Of a stretch of 60,000 bases of DNA, positions 23,420-36,120 are shown in pieces. This DNA is from Lama guanicoe (taxonomy: Eukaryota): positions 12,351,175-12,411,174 of the forward strand of contig MU056000.1 in NCBI GenBank assembly GCA_013239625.1, written 5' to 3'. Positions within the stretch are counted from its first letter, which is position 1. Each line of letters opens with the position of its first letter. A program made the position numbers and the translations under genes. The notes beneath the pieces were generated by a model. That model did no database searches, was not told the origin of the DNA, and saw nothing but the letters and a program-made list of their open reading frames with translations.

Positions 23420-23875
23420 GAAAACATACATCTGTACCTATTAAATGGGGCAAAGAGAAATATTATTTAGTGAAAAAAAATATACAAGCCACAAGAATTT
23501 ATTACAGTTACGAGCCTTTATGCCAAAGCAACATAAAAGCTGAATATAAAGCAAAAAATCATATAAAGAAAACTTAAAAATAAAAAAATTGTTCTGAGAG
23601 ATTTTTAATATATCTTTTGCAGAGTTTAATATATCAAGCAGGTAAAAATAAGGAAAAATAGAGTTTGAAATATGTCACATACACCCTCAACATAGTAGAG
23701 ATGTATATAGGACTTTATATCCTCTAGAAGATGTATGTTCTTTTATGATCACGGACATTTACAGAACTCAACTGTGTAACTGGCTGCAAAGAAAACCACT
23801 AGTACATTTCAAAAGGTGGACGTTTTGGTGGCAATATTCTTTGATCATAATTCAATAAAACAGGAAATCCATAAT
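23420..23875 (+). mobile_element. old L1 ORF2 endonuclease-region remnant
   Basis: tatataggactttatatcc...gttcttt...cggacatttacaga...caaagaaaacc...atattctttgatcataattcaataaaacaggaaat (decayed L1 EN SDHN region). Confidence 0.6.
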
Positions 23876-26769
23876 GTACACATAGATACTTCAAATTAAA
23901 GAAAGCTTTGCATAACCTAGTGGAACCTGTTTAATATCTTATTTTATCATCAGGGAGTAATAAATGGTATAGACAGACTACGTTAACTGCGAACTTGTGA
24001 ATGCAAGTACAACCAAAGGTACTAGTTAGGTGAGAGGCTGGACCTTACTGGGGGATTCCAGACTTGTTGTAGAGTTCCAGCCTTCAATCTTTAGAAATAT
24101 TTCCGGAAGTTCAGAAAAATCTTTGTAAGGAACTAACTTTAGGATTCTAACAGCTGACAAAGCCAGAGTGAACTTTAAATATTGTTTCTTTTTGTTTCTG
24201 GCCTTAAGGAAATGAGAAGCATTGTGGTAACAATGGCGCTTTTCCAAGGGCCCCGATAAGATCTCCCTTCCGTGTCTGGAGCTGAGCGCTGAGGTACTAG
24301 ACTCTTAATCAGCAGAAAGAGGAAACCAAGGCTTTCTTCTCAGACCATCGTGGCCTCTGTAGAGCGCAAAGCCACCTTCTCCAAAATTCTCTGGATGCTG
24401 TCAGCTCAGGATCCAGTTTTTGTTGAATTCCCCTTGGGATTAGACTAAACAAAGTACTGTGTTCCCAATTTAATGGGTGGTTCCTTAGAAGAAGTTCTTC
24501 CGTGTTTCATAAAGATAAACCAGCTTAATTAAGCTATGCTTAATCAGCCTCTTCTGTCAATATCATGATTCTATCCATTAAGTTAAAAAAATAGATTTCA
24601 CGAGGTAACCAGTGTGAATTGGGTTGGGATGGGGTTGGAGCTGTCTTTGATGAAAGAAACCTTTAAAATTTTTAGATGAGTTCCCTGGGTAGATCCCTGC
24701 CTGTGACAATAAGAAATTCTTATTTTATCCCTTCAATAAACCTCAGAAGATGTAAGAAGATGTAGGAGGGGTACAGATAGAAGACAGCCTCTCTCTTTCA
24801 TTCTGATGTGGAAACAAGTCATCTAACTTCTTTCCATACTTTAAGTCCCCACTTGTAAAATGGGATCAGTTAAGAGACTGAACGTGAGCTGGCACTGGCC
24901 AAATGTGAATCATTATCTTGTAAAGCCCCACGCTTCTAGAATATGCCATGTTGCGAAAGACTTCTAATAGCACGCTCTGAATTAACAAGGAGGAATTTTA
25001 GTTTCATTCTAAAGTAAAATGTTTACCTCGGAAGAGTGGAAAAAATGAAACCCAAGGCCTGCAGACTCTTGTTTGCATCTTGTAGGTGTAAACACATGGA
25101 ATCCTTTCTATTGCAACAGTGATGTTGACAGAGCCAGCATATTTCACTAAAACAAGAAGCCCGACTAATAACTGCTACCAGCTGAGGCCCTCAAGCGTTT
25201 TCCTCCTTTTCTTTATCTTTGCATCTTCCTCTTTCAGAGAGCCCCCCACCACGGATCTCCTTCTCCTTGGAGGTGGGGGTGGGGTCGGGGGAAGAGGCAT
25301 GGTGTCACTCGGGACCCTAGGCTTGGCCCATGGAGTCTATTCTTCCTCTCCCTGGCTTGCTGGCCAGACTCTGGTGTTTAGAAGATCAAACCACGCCGAA
25401 GGCAGCCTCAGAAGGAGGAGGACCTCCAATTCTGACACCATCTTCAATGTACCATCTTGCCCACAGTGCACAGTCACACAAAAGAATCACACTGTCACTC
25501 AACTTCCTTTATCATAGAAAGGAGCTTGGTCCATTTATATGCTTACTGGGAAGAAAACTGGTTTGGAAGTTTGTAGAGCTGGCTGCTAGAGAATAATAAT
25601 ATACTCATAAGCCAGACTTAATTTTTCCCCTCAGTGTTTGCTTAGAATACCAGAGGAGGAGTGGCATTTATGGTCTGATGTGCAGCGATTAGGTTCCTAC
25701 ATGTGACACTTTTTGAACTTCTTGAAAGGAAGTAATTTTTATATCCGGAAGAGCAGAAATGTCAGTATTTAGCAAACATTGAGTATTCTAATACGTGACT
25801 TAATTGGAAAATCAAATAAAATTGAGAACATATAGTATTCTTGAAAAAGAAAGGAAACAAAAAAGTAAAAGGACTTACTTTGATGTGACTTGATGTCATA
25901 CACAGCAGCATTCTCTTTCATTATACTGTGATTTTTTCATAAATCTGAGACTAGGGTGAAAATTTTCAGCCAAATACACATTGATTGTTCACAGATGAGG
26001 TGCGTGACCTCTTAGAACACTGAAGCTGACAGAATTCAGTAACCGTACAAGTTTCTGACTCTCACATGTGTCCTTTTTGCCTATTGGAAAATCAGACCTC
26101 TAGGATCAATTAACAAAGGGTATGCAGAAAGTCTTCAGGCAATTTTACTCAGGGCTGAGTTTGGATACACCCATGGGAAGAGCAAACATGTTAAAATGCC
26201 GTTAACTGATTGAAATTGCTGTGTTGCTTTAGGGCAAAGATCTCGAGATCAGTTCACTCCTCACAAGTACTTGGGGCTGTTCCTTTAGCCACCTTGGAGG
26301 GAGGGGTTCCTCAAATTATTTTATTGACTTTCACTAAATCATTATGACTTAGACAATTGTTTGGACCAGAGGGAAGCTGGATTGGTCTTGGGGGTGTAGC
26401 TGACTGTACGGAAAGGCAGCTGCAGAGATTGGGGGACAGAACGAACCCCTTTTAGGCCACTGCGAGTCAGTCAAATCAAAGTGCGTCAAAAAGAACTCTT
26501 CTCGTGTTACCCACAGAAAATATCCGGAGAAAATCCATCAGTTGAAAGACATACTGGCTGAATCAGTGTGATTATTTCCTTCCCTTTTTACTTACTAGCA
26601 GTCTAATCAGAGTGCATGACATTGTTTTTGTTTTTGTTTCTGTTTTGGCTTTTTTCTGGAGTTTCACATCATACTGATCCATTCAGTTTGTACTTTCTGT
26701 TGTTGAATCTCTGTTGTCTGATTCTTTAAAAAAAGTCTTCTCTTCAATTTAATTTCTAAATTTAGAAAA

Positions 26770-26956
26770 ACTTTATTTATTTTAAAAATTGACGTATAGT
26801 GGCTGTGTATTATTATGTAAGTTACAGGTGTGCAATATAGTGATTCACAATTTTTAAAGGCTATATACTCTGTTTATAGTTGTGAAAAACTGGCTCTATT
26901 CCCTGTGTTGCGCAATATGTCTTTGTAACTTACTTTATATCTAACCGTTTGTATCT
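26770..26956 (-). mobile_element. L1 3' UTR end (artiodactyl type)
   Basis: aattgacgtatagt...gttacaggtgtgcaatatagtgattcacaatttttaaagg...tattccctgtgttg. Confidence 0.85.
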
Positions 26957-27073
26957 GTAATGCTTTTAAAGAGGGTTTCTCAGGAACCAGTGGAGAAGGA
27001 AGTTTCTTAAACCCTATGAGTACCGCAAGCCAGAAACTAAGAACAAGGATGGAACGCAGTTTGCTAAGATCCT

Positions 27074-27763
27074 CAGTGGTTCTCAAACCTGACTGTACTT
27101 AAGAATTACTCCAAAAAGCTTGTTAAAAATACTGACGCGATGCTGAAATGTTTGAGGGAGAAGTATATAGATGCGTGTCATTTACTTTGAAATGTGGGGG
27201 AAGAAGAGGGCTAGGCATGTGATCGAGGCAGGAGTAGGAAGATATTAATGGATTAATGGTAGAATCTAGGTTTGGGGTGTACATCTGTTCCTTGTAAAAT
27301 TCTTCTAACTTTTCTGGATGTTTGGAGCTTTTCAGTAATAAGATAGTGGGGAAAAATAAATATTAGGAAATATGTAACATTTGCAGTAAAGAAAAGAGAT
27401 GATAGAGCGCATTGTGGAATCAATACAGTTGAAGAATGGATTAGGCAATTGTAAAATTAGATTTGGAAACTCTCCCCAAATAAAAAGAACAAACAGGAAA
27501 GAAACAAGAGTTAATAGAAAATAGTGAGATGTATGGGATGGTAGGAAGTACACAGAATCCTAGAAGGGTAGAAAAATGAAAATCCAGAAAAGATTATATT
27601 TGAAAAAAATAAAGGAGATTAAAAAAAACACACAAATGCTAGTTTCTTTCTGCGTCCCTTCCTGTATTAATGAAATCTAAATTTCTGAAAATGGGCCCCT
27701 ACATTGGTATGCTTTAAGCTCTGTCAGTTACTTTAATGTACATTCAGGCTTGATTGCTGCTGG
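27074..27763. mobile_element. MER5B-like MITE split by old L1 fragments (~27140-27630)
   Basis: cagtggttctcaaacctgactgtac...gcttgttaaaaatactga at left; aatctaaatttctg...gggccc...ttaatgtaca at right; L1M 3'-like ggtagaatctagg...tgtaaaattcttctaacttttctg between. Confidence 0.55.
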
Positions 27764-28397
27764 CTGAGAAGTCACCTTGGGAGACTAATATGCTTCAAAA
27801 CCAAGCAGATATGGGGGTGCAGAGATCATTAAAATGGAGCAAGAGCCAGGACTTTAACAACAGCCTGGGCTTTCTCTAGGTTCTGAAAGAGGGGCTTTTA
27901 TCTAATAGTAATTTGTCAATTGCAATCAGGACAGGAAAACATGTATTTAATCATTAATTAGTGCACTATTTCTTGATGAAATTCTTGTGTTCTTGGAAAT
28001 CAATGGACTTGAATTTCACACACTTAAAGCTCAATTAATGTTTTTTGGCCTCAAATAAAAAACTTCACCCATGAAAATGAAAGACACATTAGCTACTTAA
28101 AATTAACTTTATTGTTTTTGTTAAAGAGATAGATGTCTGTCAGCCCTAAGCTAAGAGTCCTTCTGTGCATGGTTCATTATCTTGAAGTGGAGTCAGTTCT
28201 GTCTGTGTTTGCGCTTGACTAAAGCCAGTGTGTGGAGTGACAGAGCTGGGGGAAGAGGACTGCTGGGAAAGCTAGGATGGAGTGAGCAGGGCCAGTTCCC
28301 AGAATGAATTAAGAGGGATCGTCTGAATAACAGCTCATCCGACTCCTCTGACGTCTGCGCTGAGAGGATGCCCCACCTCAGCATTTGGTACTCAGGA

Positions 28398-28918
28398 TGT
28401 TGCAGAAAAGTATGTTACAGCTCAGTTGTGACAGCAACCTGGATCCAGGCGATAGACCAAGCAGCACTCGGAGAGTTGGAGAACTCAGGTTTATTACGCC
28501 AACAGGCCCAGAGGAGTTAACACTCCAAGCTCTGGACCCTGTCTGTAAGTTTATACAGCCTTTTATAGGCTACCAGTCTAGACTTTCCAACATTTTGTAA
28601 CATCATATGCAAATAAGGTATAACAAAGGTGACTAATTAGGAACAAGCTTTGTAGAAATGGACCAATCAAGAGTGAGGGAAATGGACCAATCAGGAGTGA
28701 GCTCCATGCAAATGAAGCACTACAAATGGACCAATCAGGAGTTAGCTCAGGCAACCAATAGAATCTTAGGGGTAAGTTCTGCTTTCCTAGAAGTAAGCTG
28801 TTTCAGAGTTTAAAAAGCAAAATAATGCTGCTGGGCCAGGGAACCAAACAGTGCTGGCAGGAGGGTAGTGGCCCTGCCTAGGGATCCTGCCGTCTTTTTC
28901 ATGGGGCTTCCCACCTCA
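28398..28918 (-). mobile_element. young ERV solo LTR (521 bp) with 4-bp TSD
   Basis: TG...CA termini; perfect TSD agga (28394-28397, 28919-28922); minus-strand TATAAAA near 28561-28567 and AATAAA near 28490; internal ~22-bp CCAAT repeats. Confidence 0.9.
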
Positions 28919-28966
28919 AGGAGGCTGGGTGGCTCATGTTGTATCCTAAGTCTCAGTCATTCTGTG

Positions 28967-29363
28967 TGTTAAGGGTTGAGTTGTGTCCCCACAAAATACA
29001 TAGATTAAAGCCCTAACTCCCAGCACCTCAGAATATGACCTGATTTGGAAATGGGGTCATTGCAGATGTAATTAGTTAAAATGAGGTCATACTGGGGTAG
29101 GGTGGGCCCTTAATCCAACATGACTGGTGTCCTTATAAAAGAAATAGACACGCGGACACACAGAGAAGGTCATGTGAACGTGAGGGCAGAGAGTGTGATG
29201 ACGCTATCTACAAGCCAAGGAGAACAGCCTGGAATATATCCTTCCCTCACGGCTCTCAGAAGGAACCAAACCTGCTGCCTCCAGGACTGGGAGACAGGAA
29301 CTCCTGCTGTCAGGCTGCCCAGCCTGTGGTCCTTTGTTACAGCAGCTCTAGTTAACTTACACA
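28967..29363 (+). mobile_element. MLT1B/C solo LTR
   Basis: tgttaagggttgagttgtgtcccc...gcagatgtaattagttaaaatgaggtcatactgg...tgactggtgtccttataa...tttgttacagcagctcta...aca; TSD ctgtg/ccgtg. Confidence 0.9.
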
Positions 29364-30334
29364 CCGTGTCTTGATCTGATGTTTGCTCCTCCCTCTCTGT
29401 CACGTCTAGTGGTTTCCCTCAGCTGGGGCACTAGACTTTCGACCTTGAACTTGACGTATTTACAAGGTCTGCATCTCTTTCGGCTCCATCTGCTCTGCTC
29501 TTCTGCAGGGGAGCGGTCTCCCCAGGTCTTCTCAGTGTCCCTGCGTTGTGTCCCTCCAGTCAGGAGTTTCTTTCAGGATCATGATACTTTGAGAGAAATC
29601 TCCTCCGAGCCTTATCTCCGAGAAAATTTTGCCAATGCTTGTACTGCCCTCTTACTTGGATACCTTTTATTTCTGGCAGATGGTCTTCATAATTTTAATT
29701 TGGGACAGAGGCCTTTATTCTATTTCATTTAAAATGGAGTTTCCTTATGTTTTTGATCTTTCTGTTGCTTTCGATGGATGTCAGTGACTGTAGTGGACTG
29801 AGCATAACTTCCTTCTGTCATCGGTGAGTAAATATTTAAAAGAAGATTTACAGTGACAAACATTTCCGTGACCATTTCTCAGGTAAATAAGCCCTGGCAA
29901 GAATTTATTTAAGAGAAAGGGATTCATGATGAAATTGAGAATTAGTATCTTAAGATACTCTGTCATGTTGGGAGTTTAATTCAATTTAAAACATTTATAA
30001 AAAAAAACTTTGTCAAGCACCAGGCTAAGGGTGGGACATTTCAGTCTCTTCTTTCAAGGAAATTATTATAATCTGTCTGTAGGGCACAGAAGCAGAGAAA
30101 AGTAATTACAATCCAATGTGGTTAGTGTAACCCCAGATACGCGGATGGACAGATTCTTCAGAGTTTAGACTCCAGATTCCAGAGAAGTTAGTAACCCTAC
30201 ACTGATTAGAAGTTACTGAATTAAAGGTTGTATTTGTTACTTCTAGAAGCTGATTTCACCCGGGATAGACATGGATTGCTTCTGGTGCAGATGAACCCAA
30301 GGTTCCAAGACTGAGCCCAAATTTAGTTTTATTT

Positions 30335-30635
30335 CAAGGGTTGGACAAGCTTTTTTGTGAAGAGTCAGAGAATACATTAGGCTTTGTGGGCCACACTCGT
30401 TCTTTGTTGTACATTCTTTTTCCTTTTTCTTTTTAAACAACACTTTAAAAATATAAAAACCACTCATAGCTCTTGGGTTATCACACAAAAATGAGCGAGG
30501 GCTGGGAGGTGGGGGTATGGCTTCATTGGTAGAGTGCATGCTGAGTGTGCGTGAGGTACTTGGTTTGATTCCCAGTAAAAAAAAGAAAGAAACAAAAAGG
30601 AAAAGTGAGAGTGGGCTGGAGTTTGCCACCCCTTG
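30335..30635. mobile_element. MER58-type hAT MITE interrupted by a SINE
   Basis: caagggttggacaagctttt...taggctttgtgggccacac...ctttaaaaatataaaaaccactcatagctc...gtttgccacccc. Confidence 0.75.
30506..30600 (+). mobile_element. short Vic-1-like SINE with diverged TSD
   Basis: gggtatggcttcattggtagagtgcatgctgag...ggtttgattcccagta plus A-tail; flanks aaaaatgagcgagggctgg / aaaagtgagagtgggctgg (16/19). Confidence 0.8.
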
Positions 30636-30789
30636 TTCTATTCTAGACTGCCTCTTATAGCCACTCCACACTGCTCTCTAAATCTTGGAAATGGCCCTAA
30701 AGCCATCAGCGGAGATGGCAGCTGAGAATATCATTCAGAGTTAATCAAAACTCAAGGTATGACAGGTTGTGTTCTTGTTGGCTGCCCTC

Positions 30790-31220
30790 AGCAGGAGGGC
30801 TGTGTGTACCCACTCCTGCCACGTGGCTCACAGTGTTCTACCCTGTGGGTTAATTTGCTTCAGCCGCACACTGATGGCGGGCTCGGCCACGAGGTCTGCT
30901 TCTGTACACCACCAGTGGAGAGGTACTGTGCCACTTCCCAGCAGAGACATGAGAGCCGTCCTTGTGGTTACACCAAGATGCGGTTCTGCCTTGGCACAGA
31001 TCCACCTTTGCTTTCTCCTCCTTCCTTCGATCAACATGACCTAGATGGGCGGGAACTTCGAAGGAAGAAGACACACAGAGCAGGGTCACGATCAACTCTC
31101 AGTTGATCTGTAAAATGAGCCAGAATCAAACCTTTGTTGTTAGACGCTCATGAGCTGTTTTTATGGTTTTTGTTTTTGGGTTTTCTTGGTTACAGTTACA
31201 TTGTCTAAGAATGTGGTCTA
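30790..31220 (+). mobile_element. old MLT1 (I/J-type) LTR
   Basis: gctcggccacg...gtgccacttcccagcagaga...aagaagacacacagagcag...tgagccagaatcaaacctttgttgtt. Confidence 0.6.
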
Positions 31221-31855
31221 GTACATACACAAAGACACCTGTGTCCCCTGTCCCCACAGATGTTCCAGTCTAGTCCATCCACCAAAAGAATGGAGGACAT
31301 TTTAAAGATGAGTAAACTTTAAAAACTATATTCGTGCTCTTCTTATTTTACCTATAAAGTTAGTTTATTTTAGAAAAGAGGTAAAGTTGGCCATACGTTG
31401 CTCAGAATTCTAACCAAGGAAATTTAGAAAACTTGAATGAGCCACCATGTAAATCAAACTGTTGTTGTCAGAACAGCTGATTGTTCATGAAGCCGGAGTG
31501 TGATCGACTCAACAAAACAATCACTGTAAACATGACTTGTGTTTATGAATGATTCAGAGCTGAGAGTGCAACACTGCAGCCATTTCTAAATAATGGTCTA
31601 TAAGTAATAAGTGTAGTTTAATCACTAGACCAACTGATAAAACCCATCCACACTGCTGAGCCCTGCTGCTCACAAATTACTTTATCTTCAGATGCTAAGA
31701 TCTGCATCTTTGGATTCCACTGTCAACCCGGGATTTTGTCCCTGCTGGTTAATGACTAGACAAGATGAGTTTCTAATATTGGATATTCTTTTGCAGACAG
31801 CTCTTTTGTGGGCTAAGTACATTTATTAATAACACAGTCAGCAGTATTAATAATA

Positions 31856-31970
31856 CAGTTGAACAACTGTGAGTTTGAACTGCGAGGGTCCAGTCATACA
31901 CAGATATTTTTCAACAGTAAATGTTACAGTGCCACACGGCCCCTGGTTGGTTGAATCCACAGATGTGGGA
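31856..31970. mobile_element. truncated Tigger2/MER8-type MITE
   Basis: ta|cagttgaacaactgtgagtttgaactg...ttcaacagt...ggttggttgaatcc, co-linear with the element at 8261. Confidence 0.8.
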
Positions 31971-31979
31971 TCAGCTGTA

Positions 31980-32220
31980 ACAGCTGACATTTACTGAGCA
32001 TTTCACCTGGACTAGGAATTATGCGAAATGCTTTGAGTGGTTTCTCCATCTCCCTCAACTCTGAAACAATTCGGCAAAACGGGTACAATTATTATCCAGG
32101 CTGAAAGATGAGGCAATGGGGACTTGGAGACATACGATAATTTACCCAGGGCCATGTAGCAAATAAAGGTCTGAGCCACGTTTTATCCTGGTCTGTCTGA
32201 CTCCGGACCTCATGCTCTGG
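31980..32220 (-). mobile_element. MIR SINE
   Basis: gctgacatttactgagcatt...ttacccagggcca...gtctgtctgactcc. Confidence 0.7.
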
Positions 32221-33197
32221 TCCGGAGGCCACGTCCACCTTGTAACTTGTTCTCTTTCTGCCACTGTCAGGCCGCTGGGACCTTGCAAAAGCCAAATGAG
32301 ATCACGTCTGTGAAAGTCCTTTGAAAACTGTCGGGCACTGTGCAGATGTAAGTGTCAAGGTTAACACTTTTTGTAGCCCAAGCTGTCCAGGGAACAAACA
32401 CCCAGCGTGGAGGTTCAGGTGTAGGAACTCAGCGTGGAGGGTCCAGGGTGCCTTGTGCGTTTCTCCTCCGTATGATTAAAAGGTCAGACAGCCTGCCCAG
32501 CAAAAAAGATGCAGGAGCTGGTGACGAAATCCTGATGGAATTCACAGGAGAATCTGTCTTCTGCCTTCACATCTCCCAGGGTGAATTCGTTAGCACAACA
32601 GCTCATACTTTCTAGGGTAAGCATAACACGTGGCCTGAAAACCAACCCCTTGAGACCAGTTCTTTGAACTCCCTACACCTGATTTATTGGATCAAATGTC
32701 TGGCATTTCAGGCTGATTTTAAAAATGGAAACAAATCAGGCGACAGAGGATGCCTCTGGGATCCGAAACTGGTTTTTGTCCTCTTTTCACAGAGGAACAA
32801 AGGTAGAGAATGTGTATCTAAATTACTTGGGTGGAAACACTGTAAAGGACAGAGCTAAGATTTGTGGGTGGTAGGCAGAGGAACAAGCGCATTTTCTGGG
32901 TTACGGCAGGTGCTCGTTCAGAAGAACTTGCGGCAGGTGCCTGGGGACAGGGCTTAATCAACACATCTCCTGTACTGTCTGCCTTCCAAAGTGGTTCCTG
33001 CATCCTTCTATGGAACTAGGCCTCTGTGACTTTTATAGGCCCTGGACTGTAACTTGGATGCTTCATCATGAGAGGAGAGTTCGGTGGGAAGAGCAGAGAG
33101 ACAGAGGTGAATGAATGGGGAAGCCAAGGACGCAGGAGGCTTAGAAAAATCTTAGAAGATCAAGAAATGTGTTGCCCTAACCATCAGGGAGGAAAGG

Positions 33198-33241
33198 GGA
33201 AAAAAAGAAAAGAAAAGAAAAGAAAAACACAAAGCCCAAAC

Positions 33242-33275
<34 letters not shown>
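33198..33275. repeat. A-rich low-complexity / poly-A tract
   Basis: (gaaaa)n followed by ~33 A. Confidence 0.9.
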
Positions 33276-33278
<3 letters not shown>

Positions 33279-34592
33279 ATTGTTGAATCTTTTACCTCAG
33301 ATCCTTGATTTTTAAAAATTTCCACGTTCAGGGTATGAAAGCAGAATCATACAAACTACAAAGAGGTTCTGAAATTTTTCCATAAACCATTTATCATCTG
33401 AGACATTAGAGCAACTCTGTGGGCAGCTCCTTATTTCTCTTAAGAGTAACTGTCATGAAATATATGATATCTCCTTATTCTTAACAATACACCTTTAGAA
33501 ATATTAGGTCCTAGCTTCTCTTCTAACTTTCAAGGAATCCCTATTGTTAGTCGATTTTAAAAAGTATATAATTCTGGAGTTGAATGAATCCTAATTCTGA
33601 TTTAGCAACAAGTTTGATACATCCCGAATTCTTTCATTTTCCTCATTTAAAACAAGTCCTCCTTGTTGAGATTCTACGCATTGTGTCCTTCCTTTGAAGG
33701 CGGGGCTTTCTAATTCATTGTTTCTTCATTATTGTTTTTCTAAGAAAAGCAAGCCTGCTTTCAACACTGGAATATGCTCGAAGTGCATGTCATCCCCGGA
33801 GTTGTAAAGAGGCTCTGAACCAGCTCATACAAGTTTACCAGACTTGGGAGGAGACACAAACATCCTCTTCTGGTCCGTGGAAAGGTCCGGGGCTGTGGAC
33901 GTGCCTTCGTCAGCTTTCCTTCTGTCAGGGCTTGGGCCCTCCAGCCTGTATCAAATGACAAGAGTTGGCTTCTCATATGAAAAATGACAGTCATCGCCAC
34001 TCTAGAGATGCTGTTTATATTTACCCACACTTTTGAACGTTGGCAGCAAGAGAGCAATTTGAGCCATTCTCTAGAATCAGGCAGTAGACAGAGAGTAGGT
34101 TTATCCTATATCATCAAGGGGTGGGTGGAGAGGCTGAGAAAGTGTCAAAACTGCATGAACTCAACAGCAGGAGAGTCTACAAACCGACTGACTGTTGGGG
34201 ATTGAGATACTGTACATAGAAGCATGTAGTTTCACCCATCTATATACCATACTCGAATTTGGGGAAGGAGAGAGATGGGACAGATCTGTTCTGATCCCTC
34301 GTGGTTTAAATTAACAAAATAAAAAGAATCTCTTACAGTATGCAGGCAGGGTCTAAAGAACTAGGTTTTGGGAACCGTATGGGGATTCCTGTATCCGATC
34401 GGGCTTTGGACTAGATAACGCTGCTTACCTTTAGAGTTTACGAACGTACCCCGGGCAGAAGTACATCCCTGTCATCCTGCACCCCCCTCTTCCACCCGTG
34501 TGTGTCCCCAGACCAAAATAAGTTCTATATAAAGGTGGGTAATGAATTTGAGCTAATGTGAACACCAATGAAATAAAATCCAGGGTTTTCTT

Positions 34593-34812
34593 TAAAAAAA
34601 ATTTTTTTTTTAAATTGAAGTACAGTTGGTCACAATGTGTCAATTTCTGGTTTACAGCACAATGTCCCAGTCATGCATATATACATACATATATTTGTTT
34701 TCATATTCTTTTTCATTAAAGGTTATTATAAGATTGAATACAGTTCCCTGTGCTATACAGAAGAAACTTTTTTAAAAAATCTATTTTTATATATAGTGGC
34801 TAACATTTGCAA
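34593..34812 (-). mobile_element. young 5'-truncated L1 3' end with 11-bp TSD
   Basis: T-rich tail, aattgaagtacagt...acagttccctgtgctatacag; perfect TSD agggttttctt at 34582-34592 and 34813-34823. Confidence 0.9.
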
Positions 34813-35386
34813 AGGGTTTTCTTGCTTTCTCCAATAGAATATTGTTGTCTTTCTAGAACCTGTTGACCCATCTTGGTGGTTTAAACCCACAAGTGAGTCC
34901 AATGAAGGGTTTCTCATGTAGGAGAAGGACAAGCTGGAGAAAGAGAGATCACACATTTCTATGAACTCAGCTCCCACATGAAAAGCATTTTGGAATGTGA
35001 TGCTTTGTACAACCTTTGTGGCTGTGGCTAGTGATGTATGTGGAGAAATCAAAGGGCTTAAAAAGGCTTGCGTCTGTAGTGTGAAAAACTCTGCCACACA
35101 CAGCAACAATTCTCTCTCTCTCTGTTTGTAAGGACTGACAGATGGGTTCATGTGTCCATGTGTGGGGTGCACAGAAGACACGGACTACTGGTGTTGTCTG
35201 GAGCTCCCCTCCCCCACTGGCAGTATTTCTCTCCCATCTCATGCGTGACTGGCAGGGCACCTGGGGGCTGTAATAAATCTCCACCAGATCTTTCCACTTC
35301 TCTTTAGACTCCAAATCCTCCCCAACTCCTTTTCCGGGAAACTCCTTTGGCGCAGTGATTCAAGATGGGTAAAAGGGCAGGAACGG

Positions 35387-35410
<24 letters not shown>
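35387..35410. repeat. (TG)12 microsatellite
   Basis: read directly. Confidence 0.95.
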
Positions 35411-35417
<7 letters not shown>

Positions 35418-35714
35418 GGAGGTGAATTAGGGGTGGTGACTGGGAGTGGCCTCTACTCCTCTTTCAGTTGGAAACTGCACCTGAAACCGGAGCCAGGTGG
35501 TGCTTGTCATACCTCTGCAGCAGGGAGCGTTACTGTTATAGCCCAGAGGACAAGGGAAATAATGGAAAAAAGAAAACCTTGATGTGAACACCACATAAAT
35601 CAGGAAACGAGGGTCCTGATTATCTGGCTACATCTAACTACGTCCCTTTTCTGAGACAGTCATGATGCTTAATTCTGGAAGCCATTTAGATGATCCAGGC
35701 AAACAGCTAAAAGG

Positions 35715-35903
35715 CAGCACTGTCCAGTGGGACGTTCCGTGCCGATGGAAATATTGTATACCTGCGCTGTTCCAATGAGAGTCAGGTGGCAACCGAGCGC
35801 TTGAATGTGGCTAATGTGATGGAAGAACAGAATTTCTAATTTGAATTAATTTACATGAGAATAGCCACATGTGGCTGCTGGCTGTCACATTGGGACAGTA
35901 CAG
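35715..35903 (+). mobile_element. MER3 hAT-Charlie MITE, copy 1
   Basis: cagcactgtccagt...gatggaaat...aatgtggcta...aatagccacatgtggct...ggacagtacag. Confidence 0.85.
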
Positions 35904-35911
35904 GTCTAGTG

Positions 35912-36120
35912 CAGAGTTGTGCAAGAGAACTTTATGTGGTGATGGAAATGTGACCTCCTCTCTCCCACGTGGTAGCCACCGGCCACTGCGACTACTGAGC
36001 ACTTAAAATGTGGCTACTATGACCGAGGAACTGAATTTTCAGTTTCATTTGTTTTTAATGAATTTAGATTTAAGTCTGGAAAGCAACGCAAGACTGCTGG
36101 TCACCATAGTGGCAGCACAG
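35912..36120 (+). mobile_element. MER3 hAT-Charlie MITE, copy 2
   Basis: cagagttgtgcaagagaacttt...gatggaaatgt...gtagccaccggccac...gagcacttaaaatgtggcta...gaggaactgaatttt...cagcacag. Confidence 0.85.

Noticed and set aside
24522..24535. 14-bp palindrome AGCTTAATTAAGCT
   Set aside because: One AT-rich palindrome of this length in 60 kb is expected by chance; no supporting context.
28655..28760. CRISPR-like repeat-spacer pattern
   Set aside because: Three ~22-bp repeats with irregular spacing inside an LTR U3 region; typical enhancer duplication in a mammalian context.
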